Of a DNA stretch of 64,000 bases, positions 1 through 16,460 are shown piece after piece. A program made the position numbers and the translations under genes. The first letter of the stretch is position 1; every line of letters begins with the position of its first letter. The stretch is from assembly GCF_009914755.1 (NCBI RefSeq), contig NC_060928.1; one strand, written 5' to 3'. The notes under the pieces were generated by a model. That model made no database searches and was not told the DNA's origin. It saw nothing but the letters and a program-made list of their open reading frames with translations. The DNA is from the human T2T-CHM13v2.0 reference genome, Homo sapiens.

Positions 1-714
1 TAAAATCTGCTTTTGTCTCCTTAATACAAAGAGAAATGTCTATCAAATTTCAATTTTAGAGTTTACTTGCACTACTTTCTCAACCAATTTCACAGACAAG
101 CAATTTTCCAGTGATGTCCCAAGTGGAAAAGTAAAATACTTTACCTTTTTTTTTTTGACAACTGGATAAAATCAGCTATCAGTGGCTTATCCATGATTAT
201 TCCTAATTTTTTTCTGAATTTCCAGCTATATCCAGTAAAAACTACTTATACTTCCAACAATAAAGTACTACTGAGTGATTTGATCATTTGTGCCCTGTCT
301 TCCCTAGAATTTCATTAAGTGGTTGAAGTTATTTTCCCACCATCGTGCAACGGAGTTAACTTTTCTTAAATAATATGGCACATTTACCTTTGTTTTCTTT
401 GTAAAAATAGATATTTGACGACATAAGGTCTAGTATATCCTCACATATATCAATTCCAGAGGTCATGAATAACTAAAACTATAGATATTAATAAGTAAAC
501 CAAACAATAAAAATCAAATACATAATTATAGACTACAAAAAATGGGTCGAGTAAACGAATATAATTATTTTCTTTTATTAGCTATAGAGTGAAACCACAT
601 CTAATTTTAAAAACATTTATCTAATTTGCATACAATTTTCTCAATTCCAGTGTCTGGCAAACTATTTTTTTTGTACATAATTATATTAACAATTGCAACA
701 CATGCATAACATTG

Positions 715-1075
715 TAAATTGACTTTTAGAGCGATTTTAGGTTTACAGAAAAATTAAACAGAAAGTGTAGAGTTTTAATATACTCTTTCCTGCCCATTTT
801 TTCTTATTATTAACATTTTGAAGGGGTGTGGTAAACTTGCTAAAATTGATGAACCAATGTTGATACATATTATTGACATCAAGTCTATAGCTTAATTAGC
901 ATCCGTCTCTGTGACATACAGTGTTATGCATAGTGTTATGAATTTGCCATTGTCGTATCATACAGAATAGTTTCACCACACTGAAAGTGCTTTGCATTCC
1001 ACCTGTTCAACCATTCTTCTGTCTCCCTTAACCCCTGGCAACCACTGATCTTTTTACTGTTGTCATAGTTGCACC
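715..1075 (-). mobile_element. Old L1 3' UTR fragment (L1MC-like)
   Basis: TTTAGAGCGATTTTAGGTTTACAGAAAAATT...ACCCCTGGCAACCACTGATCTTTTTACTG resembles the antisense L1MC 3' end. Confidence 0.7.
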
Positions 1076-1975
1076 TATTAATGTATCACATTTTCATTAA
1101 TGACTTTTACATTCTTTACATGCCTACAAATAAGTTGATCAAGGGAATTATTGACATCCTAAGGCTTTGATTTAAAGGCTGATTGTGACCCAGACTAAAA
1201 TGTTGTCTAGTCAGAAAATACGATTCATTTGTTTCCTTTTTCCCCTTCATGACTGGAGTCTTGGCCATAGGATACGTGTCTTGGTGAAAATTCCATGCAG
1301 TAGAAAGTAAAATAAAGATATGAAAACTTACTTGAGAAAAAACTAGGAAGTAAGAAACTATTTCCAGGAGACAGAAAACCAGCAGTGATTCAAGTCCTTG
1401 TGGAAGCCTGTCTAGTGAAACAAGATAGCAATGTGATGACTAAGAAAGCAAAACCATGGATGAATAAAAGAGGAAACAAGAAACGCATGTTTTTAAATCC
1501 AAAACACCAAAAGGAGGATTTTATCTGTAGACCAAATGAAAAAGGATGAGATGTACTGAATCATTTGTCTCTTACATGAAGAACTCATCTGTTTAGAGAT
1601 ACAGCGAATTGAATAAAAAACACTGATGGCACAGCTTCAAGATGGCTGACTAGATGCAGCTGGAAAGTGCCTCTCGTATGGGGAGAGACTGAGATTTCTA
1701 CTAAATCAACATAATTTGAAGAGATCTTCAGAAGGAAAAGACCAAATGTAAATGAAAAAAAGACACTGATTTCTAGGCAGAAGGGCAAGGATTCTGATAA
1801 CCCCGCATGGGGTTCCTGAATGCTAGGGCTGGCTCTTGGCCCCAAATGGCTCCTGGGGGAGGGGTGAGTGAAGAGACTGCCACTCTTGCCATAGACCTCT
1901 GGCATCCTAGCTCTAGGGGACCCAACAACCTCCATGGACGTTTGAGCCGGCAGAAGGAATCTCCTCTGAGATCAG

Positions 1976-2002
1976 ACAGAGAGAGAGAGAGAGAGGGAGA
2001 GA
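1976..2002. repeat. (GA)n microsatellite in L1 5' UTR
   Basis: Directly visible. Confidence 0.9.
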
Positions 2003-2751
2003 GCTGAAGCAGGCACAAAGCCAGGTATATTTGTGTAAAAGACAGCTCTAGTAGAGCCCAGCCATAAATGCCCATCCCCCAGGGCTCCCCATCTCCCTAT
2101 TAGAGGCTACTAGCCCCAGTTAATCCCCAGACCAGTAGAAAGTAGGGCCAACTTACCCCTGGGATGGGGGCACATCTGTCCTGCAGGACCACCTCCCTGC
2201 CAGGTCCTCCAAGGGCTCCTATCTGGCTGCCCAAAGGAAATATGTACATAGTGCAAAGTTTTCTGCCCAGCCTGACTGCATTGCTCCACCAGAGTGCATT
2301 TGAGCAGCCTGCTAAACTTTTGGATATCCCAGCAACCAGAATCCAACACTGAGGAGGGAGCTACAAGCAATTCCTAGCATACCAGGGCTACAGCCCATGG
2401 GTCAGGAGTGCTGAACCAGGACCTGTGTCTGGCAATTGAGTAAGAGGAGCCCACACTGTCAGAAAACTGGAAGGGGTAAGTTGCACAGGTGTGTGGGCTG
2501 GTGTGGCATGCCCCCCTTCACAGGGCTGGTACCTGCCAGGCCTCTGTCTGAGGGAGCTCTACAGCCCACAACACCTAACAACAACAATAAATTGAGGACA
2601 TAGTGCCAGGGATTGGAGATGCCCCCCTCCAAGGCCCAGAAGTGGACCTGGTGAGGGGTTACCTCTCTCTCACTCTCACTGCAGAGCACAGCTGCCAACA
2701 GGAGTATACAAAAAGAAGCCATACAGCTACCAGATCACAGCCCAAACTAAA

Positions 2752-2787
2752 ACACACACACACAGACACACACACACACACACACAC
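2752..2787. repeat. (CA)n microsatellite
   Basis: Directly visible, one GA interruption. Confidence 0.95.
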
Positions 2788-5700
2788 TTGCTAATACTCC
2801 TCTGTGCTGAATTAAGGGCAAGAATTAAACAATAAATAAAGACCCTATACAGAGTCTTAGCCCTCTGAATACTTTCATAAACAAAGCCAACTGAGGACAC
2901 TAAATTTATACCATAGTTAAAGGGACACCAACACTTCCAGTTGAGAAAGAATCAGCTTAAGAAAGCCAGATTGTAACTTAACTCTAAACAAGCCCACTAG
3001 CTTCCCAGCAATGATTCTTAACCAGTCTGAAATGTCTAAAATTGCATATATGGAATTCAGAATCTGGTTGGCAAGAGAGCTCACCAAGATTCAGGAGAAA
3101 CCTGAAATTCAATGCAAGGAAGCCAAGCAATCCAGTAAAACAATTCAAGAGCTGAAGGATGAAATAACCATTTTAAGAAAACCCCAACAATTGGAAGTAT
3201 GAACAGCAGAATAGATGACGCTGAGGAAAGAATCTCAGAGCTCAAAAATCAGCTCTTTAAATCAATTCAGTCAGGCAAAAATAAAGAAAAAAGAACTAAC
3301 AAAAATGAACAAAATCTTTAGGAAATATGGGATTATGTAAAGAGACCAAATTGATAACTCATTGGCATTCCTGACAGAGAAGGACAGAGAATAAGCAACA
3401 TGGAAAGTATATTTGAGAATACAGTCCATCAAAATTTCTCTAGACTCACTAGAGAGGTTGACATGCAAATCCAAGAAATAGAGAACTCCAGCTGGATACA
3501 ATTCCAGATAACCATCCCTGAGGCACATAGGCATCAGATTCATAAAGGTCAACACAAAGGAAAAATATCATAAAAGTAGCTAGAGAAAAGGGGCAGGTCA
3601 CTTGTAGAAGGGACCCCCTCAGGCTAGCAGTAGACCTCTCAACAGAAATCCTACAAGCCAGAAGAGATTGGGGGCTAATTTTCAGCACCCTTAAAGAAAA
3701 GAAATTCCAACAAAGAAATTCATGTCCCAACAAACTAAGCTTCATAAGTGATGAAAAAATACAATTCTTTTCAGACAAGCAAATGCTGAATTGAACACAT
3801 TTCTACTAGACTGGCCTTACAAGAGGTATTTAAGGGAGGGCTAAAAGTGGAATCAAAAGAATGACACCTGCTACCACAAAAACACATGTAAGCACATAGC
3901 CCAGAGGCACTATAAAGCACCTATCCAATCAAGTCTACATAACAACCAGCTAATAACACAATGATGGCTAGTTTCATACATATCAATTTTAGTCATGAAT
4001 GTAAATGAGCTAAACACCCCACTTAAAAGACACAGAGTGGCAAGTGGATAAAAAGACAAGACCCAACCATCTATTCTTTGCAAGACACCCATCCTATGTG
4101 CAATGACACTTAGAGGCTTAAAGTTAAAGGATGAAGAAAGATCTACCATGTAAAAAAAGAGCAGGAGTCACTATTCTTATATCAGATAAAACAGACTTTA
4201 ACCCATTAAAAATTAAGAAGAATAAAGGCCATTACATAATGATAAAGGGCACAATCCAACAAGAAATTTTAACTATCCTAAATATGTACATGCCCAATAT
4301 TGCAGAACTCAGATTTATAAAACAAATTCTTCTTGGTCTACAAAAAACTTAAACAGCCACAGAATAATATTGGGAAGCTTCAACACCTCACTGATGGTTT
4401 TATGCAGATCACTGAGGCAGAAAACTAACAAAGAAACTCTGGACTTCAACTCGACTGACTTGACCAATTGGACTTAATAGACATCTACAGACAATCCACC
4501 TAACAATCATGGAATACACATTATTCTCATCTGCACATGGAACTTTCTAAGATCAACCACATGCTCAGTCATAAACCAAGACTCAATAAATTCAAAAAAA
4601 TTGAAATCATACCAAGCACACTTTCAGACCACAGTGTAATAAAACTAGAAATCAATATCAAGATCTCTCAAAACTATCTAAACACACTGGAATTGTGTTG
4701 GAATCAAACCACTTACTCCTGAGTGAACATTAGGTGAATAACTCCTGAGTGAACATTAAACTTAAGGCAGATATTGTTTTAAATGGCCATACTGCCAAAG
4801 CAATTTACACATTCAACATTACACCTGTCAAACTACCTATGTTATTCTTTTCAGAATTATAAAAAAACTATTCTAAAATTCATATGAAAACAAAAGAGAA
4901 CCTGAATAGTCAAAGCAATCCTAGTTAAAAGGAACAAAGCTGGAGGCATCATACTACCTGACTTCAAACTGTACTATAAAGCTATCATAGCCAAAAGAGC
5001 ATGGTAATGGTACGAGAATAGACAAATAGAGCAATTGAACAGAATAGAAAATTCAGAAATAAAGCCATACACCTACAATTATCTGATCTTCGACAAGACT
5101 GACAAAAACAAGCTACAGGGAATAACTGGCTAGCCATTGCCAAAGACTGAAGCTGGACTCCTATCTTTTGCCATATACAAAAATTAACTCACAATGTACC
5201 AAATATTTAAATGTATTACCTAAAACTATAAAAATACTAAAATACAACCTAAGAAATACTCTTCTCAACATCTGCCTTGGCAAAGAATTTTTGGCTAAGT
5301 CCCCATAAGTAATTGCAACAAAAACAAAAATAAACAAGTGAGACCTAGTTAAACCAAAGATCTTCTACACAGCAAAAGCAACTATCAACAGAGTAAACAG
5401 ACAACCTACAGAATGGGGGAAGATATTCATAAACTATGCATCCAAGAAAGATCGAATATCTAGAATATATAGGGAAGTGAAACAAATCAACAAGGGAAAA
5501 TTAGTCTCATTGAAAAATGGACAAAGGATGTGAACAGACACCTCTTGAAAGAAAACATATATGTGGCCAATGAACACGAACAAAAAAATGCTCAGCATCA
5601 TTAATCATCAGAGAAATGCAAATCAAAACTGCAATGAGATACCATCTCACACCAGTCAGAATGGCTATTCCTAAAAAGTCAAAAAACAACAGATGCTGGT

Positions 5701-6281
5701 GGGGTTGTGAGGAAAAGGGAATGCTCATACACTGTTGGTGGGAGTGTAAATTAGTTCAGCCACTGTGGAAAGCAGATTGGAACTTATAACAGAGTTTATC
5801 ATATAACTTTAGGCATTAAAACAGAGCTACCATTCAACCCAGCAATCCCATTGCTGGGTATACACCTAAAGGAAAATAAATCACTCTACCAAAAGGATAC
5901 ATGTACTCATATGTTCATCAATGCACTATTCACAATAGCAAAGACATGGAATCAACCTAAATTCTCATCAACCTTGAAATGGATAAAGAAAATGTGGTAC
6001 ATATGCACCATGGAATACAGTGCAGCCATAAAAATGAATGAAATCATGGCCTTTGCAGCAACATGAATGCAGTTGGGGGCCATAATCCTTAGCAAATTTA
6101 TTCAGGAACAGAATACCAAATACCACTCTCACTTATAAGTGGGAGCTAAACATTGAACACACATGGACATAAACATGGGAACAACAGACATGCAGACCAC
6201 TAGAGAGGGTATGTAGAAAGAGGAAAGTGGGTTGAGAAACTACCTATCAGACACTTTTCTCACTACCTGGGTGATGAGATC

Positions 6282-6838
6282 TGCCATGGTTAATATTGTG
6301 TCAACTTGATTGCATTGAAGGATGCCAAGTATTGTTTCTGGGTGTTTCTGTAGGGGTGTTGCCCAAGGAGATTAACATTTGAGTCAGTGGACTGGAAGAG
6401 GAAGACCTGCCATCGGTGTGGGTGGGACACACCCAATCCACTGCCAGTGTGGCTAGAAAAAGCAGGCAGAAGAAAGTGGAATAAGCTGGCTTGCTGAGTC
6501 TCCTGGTTTTCGTATTTCTCCCATGTTGAATGCATCCTGCCATTGAACATCAAACTCCAAGTTATTTGGCTTTAGGACACTTGGACTTATGCCAGTGGTT
6601 TGCCAGGGGCTCTTGGGCCTTTGGCCACAGACCGAAGGCTGCACTGTCAGTTTCCTTAATTTTGAGGCTCTTGGACTCGGAATGAGCCGTTACTGCCTTC
6701 CTTCCTCCTCATCTTGCAGACAGCCTATCGTGTGACTTCACCTTGTGATTGTGTGAGTCAATTCTCCTTAATAAATTCCCTGTCATGTATACATGTATCC
6801 TATTAATTCTGTTCCTCTGAAGAACCCTGACTAATACA
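6282..6838 (+). mobile_element. MLT2A (HERV-L) solo LTR
   Basis: TG..ATGGTTAATATTGTGTCAACTTGATTG start; AATAAA; AGAACCCTGACTAATACA end; splits the L1 3' UTR. Confidence 0.92.
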
Positions 6839-7967
6839 GGATTCATAACCCAAACGTCAGCATCATGCAATATTCTTATGTAACAAACTTGCACTTGTAC
6901 TCTCATATCTAAAATAAATTTTTAATTGATAATTTTGTTTTGTTTGCTATATTATGTTTTTCTCTTAAGTAGAAATCTTATTGTGTAAAAAATTAAATGT
7001 TAAGTCAGTAGAGAAATAAATTATTAGAGGCTCTAAAATTGTGCAGGAAAAGTGGATTACATTTGTATGATAGTAAAAATATTAAATAAAATAATGTGAA
7101 TTGGAAACCTACTAATTTTAAACATTTTTAGACTGTATATAAATAAATTCAAATATATTTCAAAAATTATAGTCTACTGTAAATTTGAAAAGTTTGTGAA
7201 TTTCAATTTTTCACACTTTTATATTAATAATTATATAACAGTTTACTTATATATTCTATATTAAACTTTAAAAATTGACAAATAATGAAAATTATCAATT
7301 GAATATATGGCCCCAAATTATATTACCTTGTGTTAAAATGGGAAAAGATATTGACAATGCAATGATACTTTCTTGATTTACAGCTACATAGAATAATATG
7401 AATTAATCCTATCAAGACAATGTTGAGCAAAAAGAGAAAATAAGTGATGATATTTTTAAAAGGTAAAATTATGACTCATGCAAACATAAAATGAATATAT
7501 GCCAAAGATTTATTTAACTCCACAACTAATGAATGAGCTAGCAGTTTGTTAAAAGAAGGATTTAGAGTACTAAACATTTGGAAATATTGAACAGATACAA
7601 AACTTCTTAATTTGAAAGGAAGGATTTCTGGAAGAAATCAAGTTTTTCCTCAGCAGACAAATTATTTGAATATTTATGAATTAAGGTCAATTTTATTGCT
7701 AGAAGTTATTTATCATTTACAAAATTGCAAAACTCTTAAAAACAGTGGAAGACTAAGATAACCTGGGAGGTTGCAATAGAAAGAACATTCAATAATCTTC
7801 TTCTTTATTTTCCCATTTTACTTATTCCCATTTTTTTTTCTGGACAGGCAAAACAAGGTTGATTAATCTCTTTTATTTTGGTAAGAGTATGACTTAGCAT
7901 ATAGAATTTTTAAAGTTTATTTTACAAATCCAGGGCCATGCAGCATTGAACAATTGAGCAATTCCTA

Positions 7968-8077
7968 GAGCCAAAAAATTGATACCCAATGTTATGACCT
8001 ACAAAAACTGAGATAATAAATGGGTATTGTTTAACCCACTAATCTGACATAATTTGATATACACAATAAATAATATG
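7968..8077 (+). mobile_element. Old MLT1 LTR 3' fragment
   Basis: GACCTACAAAAACTGAGATAATAAATGGGTATTGTTTAACCCACTAA resembles the MLT1H-J 3' end. Confidence 0.5.
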
Positions 8078-10059
8078 CATAGACATCTGTATTTGTATGA
8101 AATTCCATGTGTAAGTCTTATGCACATTCCTATTAAAAATTAGCCTAAAGATGTTAGATTAAATGTAATTATTGTAGCAAAGTAAAAATTTTAAACAATA
8201 AATGAAATTTTGACTAACAATACTATTCTGAAATTTCCCAATATCATCACATAAAACACTACAGTTTCCCTGATCAATATAGGAATATTTGACAAAACTA
8301 TTTCATAAGAGTCTTGATTATTTTTTCCTGAGGTTAAAAATAAATGATGAAGAAAGTTAAGGGCATTAGTAGATCTCCAGGGACAATCCATAAAACATAC
8401 AATTTCTAAAATATTACTACTGGTGACATTTTATCTACAAAATTTAACCTAGGAAGACTATCTATTGTGACTAAATAACTGTATCCATGAAACTTTGGTA
8501 ATAAAAACACATCAAACATAGGCAATTATTTCTGTTATTTCTTTTTAAAAAGTGAAAACCTAATGTTTGTAATTTCCCAAGGCACTTATGAAAATTTAAA
8601 GATAATTTTAGGTATAAAGAAAAGATATCCTGAAAGTTGTTTTTTCTTTTTTTCCTTCCTTTTTATAAATTTTGAATCTGATTTTTAAAAGGCTATGAAA
8701 ACCTCCAAAAAAGTTGTGAGAAGAGACTGAACACTTAAGGACATAGGTGCCTGGAACACAGCACTCAGTTACCTATTTAATCAAAACTACAATGAAATAT
8801 TTAAAAACAAATATGTAAAATATAATCACAGTAAAAACCTCAGCTCTTTCTTTGACAGGAAAACTTTATTCTTTGTATACTTTTTCTTAAATTATCAAGG
8901 ACATAGTAAAATCAACATAAAAAACGTAAGACTATTCTGGTAAAATATAGAATCTCTACTATCTAGAGAGGTTAAATGTAAAGTGAAGAATGATTTTCAG
9001 TTATAGATGAGGCCATTTATCAGAAGACTAAGGAAGTAGAGTGAACATTTGTATGATTTTAAAACATGCTATGGCTTCTTTTCAAAGGTCGTATTATAAA
9101 TAATACAAGTAACTTCATGGTGTCCTTCATTATGCTCTTTCATATTCTGAAACAAATTGATACTTTATTTAAAAATAGTATTTTTCTCTCAGGGGTATAT
9201 GAGGTCAAAACCAAAAGTTGTTATGTTAATATGTAAGTCATCCATCTTTACTATCTTCAAATAAATCAATGAGTATTTCTAAACCTCTTTCTTTTTTCTA
9301 ATTGGTAAACATTGATTGCTGAAATACACATAAACAAAAACTCTTCCATATCCATAATAAAAAGCAAGAGTGTAGAGGAGCCTGAATACCACAATTATTG
9401 AGAACCAATCACTTAGGACAAGACTAATCTTTTTCCTTGCTACATTTATTTAAAAAAAACAAAATTCATGTACAGTTATGTTTCTCTGACACTACTGCTC
9501 ATTCTCAATATCTCAAGAGTTCATAAGGCTTAATCAACATAACGAACTTTATTTCACAGAGATACTGGTGGGACAAGGTAATTGAGAATTTTCTCTCTTA
9601 TTCAAATGTTTTAGCAAATTAGCAAAGTTCATAAACCTACATGAGACAGCCCTGCACATCCCTTTTACACCTTCTTAAAGTGATAAAACAAATGTATTTA
9701 TTAAGAAGACCCAAAAATATAAAAGTATAGCCTCTCTGTAGTGTATAAAAGTAAGAATCATATGCAACTAAATATAATTTATGCTTATTAATCAATATTT
9801 CAGTGTTGTCTTTCACTTAAAATTTATTTAGGTATCAATGATGACCATTATGTAACTAAACTCAATATCAAACATAAGATTTTTAACTTACTTAAAGATC
9901 TTGGAAATTATTTCCAACTGATAAATTTCAAAAAATATTTTTGAAAAACAATTTTGTCAGAACAATGATTCAATTGCATTGAACAGAAAATTATATGTTT
10001 TTAATTTTCTTAAAAAACATGTAGGAGAAATGATAGTTTATTTGATTAGTAGACCCATA

Positions 10060-10462
10060 TGTACTAGTCGGCTTGCACTCCCATAACAAAATACTATGGT
10101 CTGTTTGGGTTAAGCAAGATAAATTAATTTTTACAGAGTTCTGGAGGCTGGGAAGTCTAAGTTCCAGGTGATTACTGTTTCAGCTTCTAGTGAGTACTCG
10201 CTTCCTGGGTTCCAGAAGACCACCTTTCTGAGGTGTGTTTACCTGGCCTTTCCTCAATATGTATCTTCAGAAAATGGGAAAGAGAGATTCATCTTAGGTA
10301 TCACACTTTCAATAAAGACATTAATCCCATCTTGAGGGTCCCACCTTCTAGACCTCATTTAACCCTAATTATCTTCCAAAGACTCCATCTCCAAATGCAG
10401 TCACATTGGAGGTTAGGGTTCCAACATATGAATTTCGGGAAGACACATACATTCAGCCTTAA
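10060..10462 (-). mobile_element. MaLR LTR (MLT1A/B-like)
   Basis: GTTCTGGAGGCTGGGAAGTCTAAG and CCAAATGCAGTCACATTGGAGGTTAGGGTTCCAACATATGAATTT motifs. Confidence 0.85.
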
Positions 10463-10834
10463 GGTGTTATAGGTTAATACGAAAAATCAAAATGAAATAT
10501 AAATTTAACACATGCCAAAATCTATGCAACTAATTAATTAATGAGGGAATCAGTCAGATATTACTAGTTCAAAAAAGTCAAAGCACCACATGTTATAAGC
10601 CTATAATGAGTTTTGAAATTAATCTATAAAATATATAAAACTGGCTTCTTCCACAACAGGGTTGGGGTGAAAGGAAGGGAAATTTGGAAAGGTGTACCCT
10701 GGACACTCAGTTTTTTTTGTTTGTTTGTTTTATTTATCATCATTTTAAAATCTATTACAATTACTCCTGACAGAGAAAAGAGCCAAAATATCATTTACAA
10801 TTCAAATACAATTTTTAATGAAATCTAAAACGAT

Positions 10835-11030
10835 GATAGAAATTATGCTTTTAGAAGTAAGCATATTAACTCTTCATAATAGGGTGAAGTGACTGGAAGT
10901 CTGAGGGCCCCTCTGAAGTGTTAACAATATTTTACTTCCTGATTTAGGTATAAATTATATGGGTATATTAAGTTTATACAAATTCGTTAATGTGTATTTT
11001 TCAATATGTACATATTCAATAAAATATTTT
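10835..11030 (+). mobile_element. L1ME-like 3' fragment
   Basis: Degenerate match to the L1ME 3' end (GTGACTGGAAG...TTCCTGATTTAGGT...ATGGGTATATT). Confidence 0.45.
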
Positions 11031-11039
11031 TAAAAATTA

Positions 11040-11356
11040 TTTGCTAAATTATATGCTATTTACAATAAACTCACTCTAAATATAAAGACTCAAATAGATT
11101 AAAAGTAAGAAGATGGATTGCTGGGCACAGTGGCTCACACCTGTATCCCAGCACTTGGGAGGCTGAGGTGGGAGGATTGCTTGACTTCAGGAGTTCAAGG
11201 CCATCCTGGGTAACATAGTGAGACCCCATCTCATTAAAAAAATAAAGAGAGAGAGAGATGGAGAAAGATATACCTGGCTAACACTAATCAGGGGTAAGAT
11301 AAAGTACTTCTATTAACTTCAGACAAAGCATATTTTAGAGCCAGGAAAATTATCAG
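11040..11356 (+). mobile_element. L1M ORF2 endonuclease-region fragment, split by FLAM
   Basis: AAATATAAAGACTCAAATAGATTAAAAGTAAGAAGATGGA / GATGGAGAAAGATATACC...TTCAGACAAAGCA. Confidence 0.7.
11119..11248 (+). mobile_element. FLAM (free left Alu monomer)
   Basis: GCTGGGCACAGTGGCTCACACCTGT...GAGACCCCATCTC plus A tail; AGATGGA on both flanks. Confidence 0.88.
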
Positions 11357-12645
11357 TTGGTAAAGAAAATGGAGTGAGACCAGAGAAGTCTCAGTAGAAG
11401 CTGTAGCATATTATGTCAGTGTCAAATTATATTTTAACCGGAGAAAACCATGGTTACCTGAGCAAAATTAATCAGTCAAGTGGAGAACAGCAATTTTAGA
11501 GATATGGAAAGCAAATGGGAAAATAATTATTAATGAGACAATAACAATAATAATAGTCATGGCTCCCTTCTTTTGTGTTTGCCTATGCTAAAGATTTTGG
11601 TTTATTAAAAGCTGTTCTCAAAACTGACTCTGGTCTTGTATCTTCCACTGCTTTGTCATCCACTCTCCAAATATTGACTAATTCTGACAGCCTCTCTCAG
11701 GAGCTTGTTAAGCTAATTTTATTAGCAGTAAGTTCATGTCTTGCAGCCTAATATCTGTGTTTTATTTCAAGGAAGCCTCTTTTCTGCATAGCATTCTCTA
11801 TATTTTCTTCTTTACCTCAATCTTTTAATGATTCCCTAATTGATGTTTTCTATATACATTCTCAGATTGTTACTCACTTGTACTAACTTTTTGAGGATTT
11901 TTCTGAACCTTGGATTCACTTCTACATAGACAGCCATTAGCCTCAAGGCTGTATGTAAGTTTGCTCCCATGTTTAGTTATCTGGCCTTGATGTCATCTCT
12001 ACGTCTAATCTTAGAATTCCTTTGGCTCAGGTTCAGTTGTAACAACATGCTAAGCTGCAGGAAAAGTTAGGTTCTAATTGAGGAATATCTTCATTTATCC
12101 AGATTCACTCTGGTATTCTGCTTCCATGACCAATAATCCATCCAAAAATTATATCAGAGACTTAAGTGTGAAGTCTCAGTTTAAGATAAACACTTTCATC
12201 ATTTTATACTCATATGTCCACAATTCTACTGTTAAATGTATACAATGAAATAACACTGGAAATAACTTTAGAACTTTGAATTTCTCAGATCTAATTTTTC
12301 TATAGACCTTGATAATAACTGCTGAATCACTCACCTGAAATTACATCTGCAGTCCTAAGATTATTAGCTTTAGTAGAATTTAGTCTTTCTGTCTTTATTT
12401 TAACATTATGAGTACCTCCTATAATAGTCTTTATACAGAACTTTATAATTTATAACCCCTAGGAATTAGGAAGGGCATATATTAGTTTTATCAGTCATAT
12501 TTTTGTTTTTGTAGATTAACCATGGCTTAAAAAATGGCTCGCAATATCATGAAACTTAATGTTACAGACAGAAGCTTAATTCAGATCTTCAGATACTGTT
12601 TTCTATTGATTAGTGATTAATATAACAATCTCCTAAAACACACTT

Positions 12646-15200
<2,555 letters not shown>

Positions 15201-15850
15201 CACTCAATTGAGTTGGAGAGCAAGCAAGTTACCAATCACTAATCAATCATCAATCACGTATCCTTGATCAAAATAATGTGCCATAATTGAAAATTCACCA
15301 GTATGATGAATAAATATAAAACCAGACATGAAAAATTTCCTTCTTTGGAGTATCAGAAAAGGATCAAAGCAATGATACTTATTCTGAATCTTAAATGGAA
15401 ATTCATGTTTTACATGACCAAGTTAAAAACAAAATCATTTCAGATTTTAGAGAGAATAACATGTACAACAGAATGGTAGAGAGACATGGGCTAAGATCAC
15501 AGTATTCAAACAATTGATTTGTGAAGAAACAGTGAATATCTTTAATCAGATCCCTTTTGGTAGAAGATAACTTAGAGAACATTTAAAAAGACCCTGTAAA
15601 TAAAAATGAGTTGTTAAAAAGATATTAAAAGAATGTTACAATGACTTGTTGGATAATTGAACCAACAAAGTGTTGTAAAGTATGGAGAAAAGCTGAAGTT
15701 GATTGTTTAATATTCATCAAGGTTTTAAGAACAAAGGAGATGGTTTATTTGACTGCAGATAACAATACCATCACTCAGAAAAGCAAATGAAAATAATATT
15801 GTAAAGAAAACCATGAGTTTGGAAGGGAGAAGTATAAATTAAAATTCTTC

Positions 15851-16180
15851 TGCTGGGTGCTGTGCTTCATACCTGTAATCCCAGCACTTTGGGAGGTGAA
15901 GGTGTGTGGTTTTCTTAAGCCTAGAACTTCAAGATCAGCCTGGGCAACACTGCGAAACCCCATCTCTACAAAAAATACAAAACTTAGCTGGGTGTTGTGG
16001 TGTGCACCTGTTGTTCCAGCTACTCTGGGGGCTGAGGTGAGAGGATTGCTTGAGCCTGATAGTTCGAGGCTATAGTGAGCCATGATCACACCACTGCACT
16101 CCAGCCTGCGTGACACAGCAAGACCCTGTCTCAGAAACAGAATAAAATGCAAATAATAAAAAAATAAGTAAAATAAATAA
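15851..16180 (+). mobile_element. AluJ
   Basis: Full diverged dimer; GGATTGCTTGAGCC and GTGAGCCATGATC J-type sites; decayed A tail. Confidence 0.92.
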
Positions 16181-16214
16181 AATTTTTATTTGTTCCAGGT
16201 ATTGCCATTATTAA

Positions 16215-16460
16215 TTTATTCATTCATTCATTTTAAAAGTGTCTATCTAGCATTTATAATAAGCTAGGCACTCATTTTTGTTTTTTAATAAAGCAGACAA
16301 AATATAATTTAGTGGATGGGTGGATATCAAAAAATATATAAATTGCTGTAACTTGGAGCACTTTCTATGATGACAAACAATAGAGTGCTGAACGTCTCTG
16401 GGAAGGGAGAAACTGAAAATACAGATACAGGCCTTGGAAGAGGTTTCTGAACTAGGCATA
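16215..16460 (-). mobile_element. L2 3' fragment
   Basis: TTTATTCATTCATTCATT followed by CTAGCATTTATAATAAGCTAGGCACT. Confidence 0.45.

Larger units (their letters stand above)
1632..6918 (+). mobile_element. Degenerate L1 with 5' UTR, ORF1, internally deleted ORF2 and 3' UTR (L1PA15/16-L1PB age); interrupted by an MLT2A LTR
   Basis: Starts GCTTCAAGATGGCTGACTAG. ORF1 remnants ~2930-3910. Endonuclease remnants (KRAGVTILISDKTDF, GHYIMIKGTIQQE, SDHSVIKLEI) and C-terminal remnants (KKMWYICTMEYSAAIK). 3' end resumes at 6839 and finishes CTAAAATAAA. Many stops and frameshifts. Confidence 0.93.

Noticed and set aside
12326-12360. Perfect minus-strand donor CAG|GTGAGT
   Set aside because: No convincing acceptor at exon distance; expected by chance.
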